DNA of 13,456 nt, taken from NCBI GenBank assembly GCA_964584035.1, contig CAZOYL010000068.1, positions 505 through 13,960 on the forward strand, written 5' to 3'. Of the stretch, positions 1-6,877 are shown piece by piece (within the stretch, counting starts at the first letter, position 1; every line of letters begins with the position of its first letter). The translations under genes and the position numbers were made by a program. Source of the stretch: an uncultured Gemmatimonadota bacterium. Its GTDB lineage: Bacteria; SM23-81. The notes beneath the pieces are model-generated. The model was not told where the DNA came from. It was given only the letters and a program-made list of their open reading frames with translations, and ran no database searches.

Positions 1-650
1 GCATAGAGCACGTGCCCGCCGTCGAGCTGGCCGATGGGCAGTAAAGTCAACGCCATGATGTACAGACCGATCCATCCGGCATAGGCCACCGGATGGAGAA
101 GAACCTCGTGACTATCGGGCACGTTTCCCAGGACCAGTCTCGACAGGGCATGAAACAGGAGCGGCTCACCCAGCCTGAGGGAGGTCGGCAGGGGTCCGGA
201 AAACGGAACAACGGTGGAATGCCCGAGGCCGATGATGATGGCCGGCACGGTGAAAAAGAATCCGGCCAGGGGGCCGGCCACGGCGATGTCCAGCAGGGCC
301 CGCCGGTCGGTCATCCGGCCGCGTATCTTGATGACGGCTCCCAGCGTTCCGAAAGGCGGCAGGGGCATGGGCAGAAAATACGGCAGGGTGGCGGGAATAC
401 CATAGCGGCGAGACATGATGTAGTGGCCCAGCTCATGGGCCAGCAGGATGGTCATCAGGGTGGCGGAGTAGACCGGACCGCCCACCAGATAGGTGGTCAG
501 GATGGTCAGCAGAAAAAGAAGGAGATGTTTACGGGGACCCAGATCGCGCCACCAGCCTCCCAGTTTCTGACGGAGGGTGCGGTCTGGTCGAGCGGGCGGA
601 GGGCCATAAGGGCCGGCCCTGTCACTGCGGTCCGGGGCGGGAAAGCTCAT
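1..650 (-). CDS. Site-2 protease family (peptidase M50) intramembrane zinc metalloprotease, 3' end outside the window
   Basis: Not in the ORF track because it has no stop in the window. Manual translation from ATG 650: MSFPAPDRS...KHLLLFLLTILTTYLVGGPVYSATLMTILLAHELGHYIMSRRYGIPATLPYFLP...FGTLGAVIKI...LLDIAVAGPLAG...LLHPVAYAGWIGLYIMALTLLPIGQLDGGHVLY. It carries HExxH (HELGH, 423-437), AGP and LLPxxxLDGGH motifs within hydrophobic segments. The ATG overlaps the upstream TGA (ATGA). Confidence 0.93.
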   Translation of the reverse strand, partial: MSFPAPDRSDRAGPYGPPPARPDRTLRQKLGGWWRDLGPRKHLLLFLLTILTTYLVGGPVYSATLMTILLAHELGHYIMSRRYGIPATLPYFLPMPLPPFGTLGAVIKIRGRMTDRRALLDIAVAGPLAGFFFTVPAIIIGLGHSTVVPFSGPLPTSLRLGEPLLFHALSRLVLGNVPDSHEVLLHPVAYAGWIGLYIMALTLLPIGQLDGGHVLY

Positions 651-1081
651 TCCTCCAGGATTCCCTCGGTCAGGGAGAGGGCCACGCTGGAGAGCATCAC
701 CTCCACACCCAGCTTGGTGAAATCGCCGGATAACAGGTCCCGGGTAACGTTGGCATACAGGGAACAGGCGGCGCCCTTTTCGATGACCAGACCGGACAGT
801 TTTTTGCCGAACTCGCCTACGAAGGTCACCTCCCCCAGATCCTGACTGCAGACGAATCCGGAGCAGTGGTGCAGCTGCAGATGGCTGGTAGGCGTGTAAA
901 CCACCACCAGAGCTCCGGTTTTCTTGCCCAGAAGAATGGAGGGATAGATCTCCAGCACCAGCGTGCGCTTCTCCTCGTCGTTACACAGCCTGATCAGAAA
1001 GTGGTCGTCCTCCTGGCGAACCTCCGCCGCCGACAGCGTCCTGGCGATCTTGTCGATATCCTTTTTGGTCATTTTGGCCAT
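647..1081 (-). CDS. Hypothetical protein, 144 aa
   Basis: Globular-looking composition, GAGG RBS 6 nt before the ATG, same orientation as its neighbours, and a stop codon overlapping the S2P start. No motif recognised. Confidence 0.85.
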   Translation of the reverse strand: MAKMTKKDIDKIARTLSAAEVRQEDDHFLIRLCNDEEKRTLVLEIYPSILLGKKTGALVVVYTPTSHLQLHHCSGFVCSQDLGEVTFVGEFGKKLSGLVIEKGAACSLYANVTRDLLSGDFTKLGVEVMLSSVALSLTEGILEE

Positions 1082-1155
1082 AGGGTGCCTCGGTCCTGGT
1101 TGGTGTTGCCGCTTTTTTTGTAGTCGTTTTCCTGAAGACGTTCTTTACGACGGGC

Positions 1156-1353
1156 TCACTTGCGTCCCGGCGATCTATAACTGCGGATGGGTTTACGTTT
1201 GGATCCGGGCAGATGATCCCAGTGTCCTCGGCGATGTTTTTTCTTTTCAGGCGGCACGGGAACGTGATGATCGGTCTCGTCTCCCTTCTCCATCCCCTCC
1301 TCGGACTGCTGTTTCTCGATCTTCCTGTCGTCCTGTTCCTCTCGATCCGGCAT
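1156..1353 (-). CDS. Small hypothetical protein, 65 aa, acidic N-half and basic/His-rich C-half
   Basis: Strong RBS (AAGGAGG) upstream of ATG 1353, 22 nt after the comM stop. It fills the gap between comM and the 144-aa gene without overlap. Confidence 0.65.
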   Translation of the reverse strand: MPDREEQDDRKIEKQQSEEGMEKGDETDHHVPVPPEKKKHRRGHWDHLPGSKRKPIRSYRSPGRK

Positions 1354-1375
1354 GAGCGGTTCCCTCCTTCTTCTT

Positions 1376-2911
1376 CTACATCCACAGATGGCGGTCCAGA
1401 CTGCGGTATTGAACGGCCTCGGCGATGTGGGCGGCGCCGATGGACCGGCAACCCTGCAGGTCGGCGATCGTGCGGGCCACCTTCAGGATGCGGTCGTAAG
1501 CCCGGGCGGAGAGACCGAATCTCTTTACAGCCGCCCCGAGCAGTGCCGCCGAGCTGTCGTCGATGGCACAGAAAGTCCGGATATCGCGGGAAGTCATCTG
1601 TGCGTTACCGTATATCTTACGTGAGCCAAAGCGCTGAAGTTGCATCTCCCGGGCGGCCACCACCCGGCGGCGGATCTGCTCCGAGGTATCGCCGGGTGCC
1701 CGGCCGGCCAGCTCGCGATAGGGCACGGCCGGCACCTCGATGTGGATGTCGATGCGGTCCAGCAGGGGACCGGACAGCCGGGACATGTACCGCTGGATTT
1801 GCAGCGGCGTGCAGCCGCATTCCGACCGCGTGTCGGAGAAGTAGCCGCAGGGACATGGATTCATGGCCGCCGCCAGGGTGAAGCTGGCCGGGTAGGTCAG
1901 CGAGATATTGGCCCGGGCGATGGTCACCCGGCCGACCTCCAGGGGCTGGCGCATGACCTCCAGGACGCTCTTCTTGAACTCCGGCAGCTCGTCCAGGAAC
2001 AGGATGCCGTGATGAGCCAGGCTGACCTCTCCGGGCCGGGGATGATTCCCGCCGCCGATCAGACCGGCGTCGCTGATGGTATGGTGCGGCGATCGGAACG
2101 GGCGAACGGCCACCAGGGCGCTTCCGGGGGGCAGCAGGCCGGCCACCGAGTGGATCTTGGTGGTCTCCAGGGCTTCATTCAGGGACAACGGCGGCAGGAT
2201 GGTGGGGATGCGCCGGGCCAGCATGGTCTTTCCCGATCCGGGCGGTCCGATCATGATGATATTATGACCCCCGGCCGCCGCTACCTCCAGGGCTCTCTTG
2301 ACATGTTCCTGACCCCTGACGTCGGAGAAGTCGTTCTCATATTCGGCGGCCTGCCGGGAAAAAACCTGACGGAGATCGACCCTGAAGGGCCGCAGGGTCC
2401 GGCGGCCGTCCAGCAGATCAACCGTCTCCCCCAGAGAAGAGACAGGATACACCCGAAGACCCTTTACGATGGCCGCCTCGCGGGCGTTTCCGGCCGGCAC
2501 GATGAGGCCTTCGACTCCAAGCCGGCGGGCCTCAACAGCGGCCGAGAGAACTCCCCGAACGGCCCGCAGGCTTCCGTCCATAGACAGCTCGCCGAGCATG
2601 ATCAGGCGCGACAGCCGCTCACGGCCGACCTGGTCGGTGGCCGCCAGAATCCCCACGGCCATGGGCAGATCGAATGCCGCCCCGGTCTTGCGGATATCGG
2701 CCGGAGCCAGATTGACCGTGATGACCTTACTGGGAAAGGAAAAACCTGCATTCCTGATGGCGGCACAAACCCGGTCCTTGCTCTCCCTGGCGGCTCCCTG
2801 GGGCAGCCCCACCGTGGAAAAGTGAGGCATGCCGCCCCTGATATCCACCTCCACCCGAACCAGGTAGGCATCGATGCCCAGGCTGGTGGCGCTCATCACC
2901 TGAGCCAACAT
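1376..2911 (-). CDS. comM: YifB/ComM family Mg-chelatase-like AAA+ ATPase (MCM-related DNA branch-migration helicase)
   Basis: N-terminal VGLP...ESKDRV and [20 protein letters not shown], Walker [37 protein letters not shown] (Walker B), AAMNPCPCG...CGC Zn motif, [11 protein letters not shown], and C-terminal [26 protein letters not shown] 7 nt before the ATG. Confidence 0.95.
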   Translation of the reverse strand: MLAQVMSATSLGIDAYLVRVEVDIRGGMPHFSTVGLPQGAARESKDRVCAAIRNAGFSFPSKVITVNLAPADIRKTGAAFDLPMAVGILAATDQVGRERLSRLIMLGELSMDGSLRAVRGVLSAAVEARRLGVEGLIVPAGNAREAAIVKGLRVYPVSSLGETVDLLDGRRTLRPFRVDLRQVFSRQAAEYENDFSDVRGQEHVKRALEVAAAGGHNIIMIGPPGSGKTMLARRIPTILPPLSLNEALETTKIHSVAGLLPPGSALVAVRPFRSPHHTISDAGLIGGGNHPRPGEVSLAHHGILFLDELPEFKKSVLEVMRQPLEVGRVTIARANISLTYPASFTLAAAMNPCPCGYFSDTRSECGCTPLQIQRYMSRLSGPLLDRIDIHIEVPAVPYRELAGRAPGDTSEQIRRRVVAAREMQLQRFGSRKIYGNAQMTSRDIRTFCAIDDSSAALLGAAVKRFGLSARAYDRILKVARTIADLQGCRSIGAAHIAEAVQYRSLDRHLWM

Positions 2912-3002
2912 GGCCAGTCCTCCATGCGGCTCCGCTCGGTTGATGACTCCCGAATGGTTTCAAAGATCGCTGCGAAGGATGATATGTACGCCGGCTGAAA
3001 TT

Positions 3003-3031
3003 ACTATAGGGATTTTGTGAAGGTCGGTCAA
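3003..3031 (-). promoter_or_regulatory. Putative sigma70-type promoter for comM: TTGACC-N17-TATAGT
   Basis: Minus-strand -35 TTGACC at 3031-3026 and -10 TATAGT at 3008-3003, exactly 17 nt apart, each a 5/6 consensus match. It lies in an AT-rich intergenic gap with an AT-rich tract just upstream. Confidence 0.7.
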
Positions 3032-3048
3032 GAGATTATTTTGAGCTG

Positions 3049-3077
3049 AAAAAATTATCGTCACCTTCGAGATGACG
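3049..3077 (-). terminator. Possible intrinsic terminator after the TPR gene
   Basis: Minus strand reads CGTCATC-TCGAA-GGTGACG (7-bp stem with one G-U pair) followed by ATAATTTTTT, 18 nt after the TPR stop. The U-tract is offset by 4 nt, so it is probably weak. Confidence 0.45.
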
Positions 3078-3095
3078 GAAAAGATGGGAAAAATC

Positions 3096-6000
3096 TCACT
3101 GTCCGGATTCCAATGCGTTGATCCGTTCCTGAGCCATCTGTCCCCATTGATCGCCCGCTCCCCGGGTCTGGATGAGTTTCCTGTAGATGGTCCGGGCCTC
3201 CTCGGTCCGTCCCAGTTTCTCGTAACTGACCCCGGCGTTGTACTCGGCCGTGGCGGCCCACTGAATCTGCCGGGGGTACAGAAAACCCACCCGCAGGTAC
3301 TCCTGGGCGGCCCGTTCGTAACGGTCCATCTTGAAATAGCACTCCCCCACCCAGAACTGCAATTCGGCGCCCAGTTCATCATCCGATCCCGGGTCGATGC
3401 CCACAAAAGTCTCCAGCGCGCGGGCGGCCTGGCCGGCTTCCAGAAAGGCGAATCCCAATCTCAGGCTCCAGGTCTGGTTATCTCGATGCCCGGGGAAATC
3501 TTCCAAGAGCTGCCGGTAGGCGGAAATGGCCCCGTCCCAGTCGTTCATCCGGGCCCGGCAGATGGCGGCGTTGAACAGAGCATCGGCTTTCAGGTCATCA
3601 TCGGCCGTTCGCTCGGCGGCCCGTCGATACCGCAGGGCGGCGTCGGGATACTGCTCCAGAGCGTAGAGGGCACTGCCCATCTTGAACTGAGCCAGGGCTT
3701 CCAGGTCTGTTTCGGGATAGCGTTCCAGTAAAGCGCCGAAGCGTTCCAGGGCCTCCTGGTACCGGCCGGCGCTCAGCGACAGAATACCGATCCGATATTC
3801 GGCCTGTTGAGCTGTGACACTCTCGGGATAGTCCGACAGGATCCTTTCGAGAGCCTTTTGAGCGGCCTCTTCCTGCTCGTTGTCCAGATAGGCCTGAGCC
3901 TCTTCCAGCAGCAGGCCGGCGATCTGTTCGGTTTCCTGCCGGCCGGTCCTCTCAAATTCTTTTCTGGCCTTGACGGCCTCTTTGATCAGCCCCTGCCGGT
4001 AGAGGCAGACGATCCGGCGAGCGTCCAGAACGGTGCGGCGGCCCTCATCTTCATTTCCCGCCAGGGCCTGTTCATAGAAACTCCGGGCCTGTCCGTATTC
4101 GCCGGCCTCAAAGCTGGCCGCGGCCATTTTTTCCAGAGTGACCGAAGCGAAAGCCTGCTGGCCGCGGCTCTCCATGACGGCCCGGTAGCGAGCCATGGCC
4201 CCCTCGAAATCTCCCAATTGCCGGTAGACGTCCCCGATGGCCAGCTGTTCGGCGGAATCCGGAATATCTCCCCGGACCCGTCCCTCGACCTCGGCCAGCA
4301 GCGCCCGGGACCGATCGGCCCGTCCCCCGGCCGCCGCATATTGAGCCATGAGCAGGGCGGCCGAAATCCACCGTTCGCTCTCCGGGTATCTCTGGGCGAA
4401 CCGTTCCAGCACGCGCTCAGCCTCCGGACGGTCCCCGGCCGCCCACAGCGATCGCGCCTCTCTCAGCCAGGCTTCCTCGGTGAGGTCATGGTAGGCGAAA
4501 TCTTCGGCCACCGATTGAAACAGCCGCGCGGCCTGATAATGCTCCCCGCCGCGCTCGTGGATCTCGGCTTGAAGGTAAAAGACCCGGCTGCGCAGCGGAC
4601 TTTCGGGAAAATCCCATAGAAAATCCCGGGCGGCTGCCAGAGCCGCCTGGTCGTCTCCCCGACGGTGAGCGATGGTCACCCGATACCAGGCTGCCGAATC
4701 GGCCCATGCACTCGAGCCATAATCATCCACGACCAGGGTAAAAACCGAATCAGCCCCGGCCAGCATCAGGCTGTCCTGCGCGGCGGATTCCCCCAGGGCC
4801 TGTCCCACTCGCAGCAGGGCCAATGGCCGCCACTGGCTGGCCGGGTAGGTCAGCAGAAACGACTGGTAGAGATCGCGACGGTCCTGCCAGGCCGGCAGCC
4901 CTTCAGTTTCCGTCTCCCGGAGAATATCGGCGATCACCCGCAGAGCGCACCCGTCGGCCCACCGGCTGCCGGGATAATCCCGTAACAGCCGGCGGCAGGC
5001 TCGCACAGCCGCCTCCCGCTCGCGATCGGCGGTCGAGGAGTCTCCGTCGGCACGGAGCATCTCGGCTTTGAGGGCGTGGCAGCGGCTCAATTGGTGCAGG
5101 GCTTCATCGGTCAGCGCCGATCCGGTATGCCGGTCCAGGAACCGCTCCAGAGTCGCAGCGGCCCGGTCGAAGTTGCGCAGGTGCCGCAGGTAGATATCGG
5201 CCAGGCGGAGATCGACCTCTTCCTCGGTGAGGATGCCCGAGGCCAGCTGATCCTGAATATCGACCATGGCCTCCAGGGCCAGCGGTTCCTCCGGGATGCG
5301 GAACTCGCTGAGATACCTGATCCGCTCCTGGGCCCGGGGGTACAACAGGCTGTGGGGATGTTCCTGGGCGAAGATCTCATAGGCCTCGCGGGCCTGGTCA
5401 TATTCCTGGTTCATTTCCAGAAGCCGGCCCACTGCGAAAGCGGCCTTCTCGGCCCAGCGGCTGGCGGAGTTCCCGGCTGACAGATCCCGGTAGGTTCGCA
5501 GTGCCGCCTGGGGACGGCCCAGATCCTCCTCCTGGAGGCGGGCCGTCAGGAAGGTGACCGAATCGGACTGCGCCGCTGCAGAATAGCGGCTGAGGAATCC
5601 ACGATAAGTGGTCAGGGCCCGCTCGCCATGACCCATTTGACGCTGCAGATCGGCCAGCCTGAGCCAGGCGGCGGCTCCCCAGGGCTCGTCGCCGGCCCCC
5701 CGGGCCAGATCCTCCAGCAGGACCGCAGCCGAGTCCAGCGCTCCCTCTTCCTGGAAGATGACCGCCATCCCCAGTTGGGCCTGCGCCCGGACCGGACTGC
5801 CGGGATGATCGCTCAGCCACCGCCGGTAGGCCGTCATGGCGGCCTCCGGATCTCCGGACAGTTTCAGCGCCTCGGCCTTTTTCAGTCCACCCTGTCCGGC
5901 CAGCCCCGGGTCTCTCCCCCGCTCGCTCAGCAGACCGTAGGTTCGAGCCGCCGGCCCGTATTGGCCGCCGGCCAGGTACAGGTCCCCGAGAAGGATCAGG

Positions 6001-6767
6001 ATGCTGTCGGCATAGGCCGAGGTGGAATCGGCCCGGGCCAGCCCGGAGAGCACATCGATGGCCCCGGCATCGTTCCCGGCGATGATCAATATCGCGCTCT
6101 GGCGATACCCGGCCCGGGAGCGATCCGCGGCCGTCCGGGCGGTTCGGGCCGCGCTCTCATAGGCGACGGCGGCCTCATCCGGGCGCCCCAGCTCTTCCAG
6201 GATCTCGCCCCGGGCCAGATGGACCTCTTGAATGCCCGCATCCTGAGGGTACTGCCCGGAGAACACCTCCAGCTTTTCCAGGGCCTGCGGCAGCTGACCA
6301 TCGTCCCGCAGCGCCCGGGCCATTCCGAAGAGCGCCTCGGCGGCCCGTTCACCTTGCGGCGCGATCTGACGGCTGCGGTCATAGGCGGCAATGGCCTCCT
6401 GGTGACGGCCCATTCCCAGCAGGCATTCTGCCAGCTGGAACCAGGCCTCGGAGACCAACGGGTCCTGGGGATGCTGCCGCAGGAAATCGCGATATCCTCC
6501 CTCCGCTGCCTCCAGATGACCCTGGGCGAGATAGGACTCAGCCACCATGAAACGGGCCCGGGGCACCAGAGGACTGTCGGGATGATTCCGGGCGAAATCC
6601 TGATACTGATCGGCGGCCAGCAGATAGAGGCCGTCATCATAGAGTTTCCGGGCGAAGTCCAGATCGGAGGAGGCCGTCTGGGCATGGACCGTTGCGCCGG
6701 CCGTGATCAGGAAAAGCAACAGGCTCCAGATAAACGGTCGAATACGATTGTTGATGGAACTTTTCAA
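3096..6767 (-). CDS. Large exported tetratricopeptide repeat protein (~1223 aa, CpoB/BamD-like TPR units)
   Basis: TPR-type helical pairs run throughout, with recurring (Y/F/H)P-x-S turns (HPDSPL, HPGSPV, YPGSRW, YPASQW, FPESPL, YPESER, YPESVT). Start reassigned from the track's GTG 6887 to TTG 6767, which has GAGGAG 6 nt upstream and yields a typical 29-aa Sec signal peptide (..RIRPFIWSLLLFLITAGATVHA|Q). Confidence 0.9.
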   Translation of the reverse strand: MKSSINNRIRPFIWSLLLFLITAGATVHAQTASSDLDFARKLYDDGLYLLAADQYQDFARNHPDSPLVPRARFMVAESYLAQGHLEAAEGGYRDFLRQHPQDPLVSEAWFQLAECLLGMGRHQEAIAAYDRSRQIAPQGERAAEALFGMARALRDDGQLPQALEKLEVFSGQYPQDAGIQEVHLARGEILEELGRPDEAAVAYESAARTARTAADRSRAGYRQSAILIIAGNDAGAIDVLSGLARADSTSAYADSILILLGDLYLAGGQYGPAARTYGLLSERGRDPGLAGQGGLKKAEALKLSGDPEAAMTAYRRWLSDHPGSPVRAQAQLGMAVIFQEEGALDSAAVLLEDLARGAGDEPWGAAAWLRLADLQRQMGHGERALTTYRGFLSRYSAAAQSDSVTFLTARLQEEDLGRPQAALRTYRDLSAGNSASRWAEKAAFAVGRLLEMNQEYDQAREAYEIFAQEHPHSLLYPRAQERIRYLSEFRIPEEPLALEAMVDIQDQLASGILTEEEVDLRLADIYLRHLRNFDRAAATLERFLDRHTGSALTDEALHQLSRCHALKAEMLRADGDSSTADREREAAVRACRRLLRDYPGSRWADGCALRVIADILRETETEGLPAWQDRRDLYQSFLLTYPASQWRPLALLRVGQALGESAAQDSLMLAGADSVFTLVVDDYGSSAWADSAAWYRVTIAHRRGDDQAALAAARDFLWDFPESPLRSRVFYLQAEIHERGGEHYQAARLFQSVAEDFAYHDLTEEAWLREARSLWAAGDRPEAERVLERFAQRYPESERWISAALLMAQYAAAGGRADRSRALLAEVEGRVRGDIPDSAEQLAIGDVYRQLGDFEGAMARYRAVMESRGQQAFASVTLEKMAAASFEAGEYGQARSFYEQALAGNEDEGRRTVLDARRIVCLYRQGLIKEAVKARKEFERTGRQETEQIAGLLLEEAQAYLDNEQEEAAQKALERILSDYPESVTAQQAEYRIGILSLSAGRYQEALERFGALLERYPETDLEALAQFKMGSALYALEQYPDAALRYRRAAERTADDDLKADALFNAAICRARMNDWDGAISAYRQLLEDFPGHRDNQTWSLRLGFAFLEAGQAARALETFVGIDPGSDDELGAELQFWVGECYFKMDRYERAAQEYLRVGFLYPRQIQWAATAEYNAGVSYEKLGRTEEARTIYRKLIQTRGAGDQWGQMAQERINALESGQ

Positions 6768-6877
6768 TCTGTTCTCCTCGACAAAACTCAGAAATTTTCT
6801 TCCTTTATAAATGTCATTCCAAGATCGCTGAGATGCCATCGATGCGATCGAAGAATCTGTTTGTATTTTTTTTGTTT

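Noticed and set aside
93..845. 250-aa plus-strand ORF
   Set aside because: Antisense shadow of the M50 protease and the 144-aa gene. G/Q/H-rich with no motif, whereas the minus-strand frame carries HExxH and LDG.
1082..1158. Possible TGA readthrough (selenocysteine) of the 65-aa ORF, or a terminator from the GTCGT...ACGAC repeat
   Set aside because: The stem is only 5 bp with a long loop and does not resemble a SECIS. It is followed by an A-run rather than a U-run on the coding strand, and there is no redox motif context.
981..1451. 156-aa minus-strand ORF spanning the comM to 144-aa gap
   Set aside because: It overlaps both flanking genes out of frame and has no evident RBS. The 65-aa ORF with AAGGAGG explains the gap better.
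1640..2998. 452-aa plus-strand ORF
   Set aside because: Antisense to comM. Long stop-free antisense frames are expected in GC-rich genes with strong codon bias.
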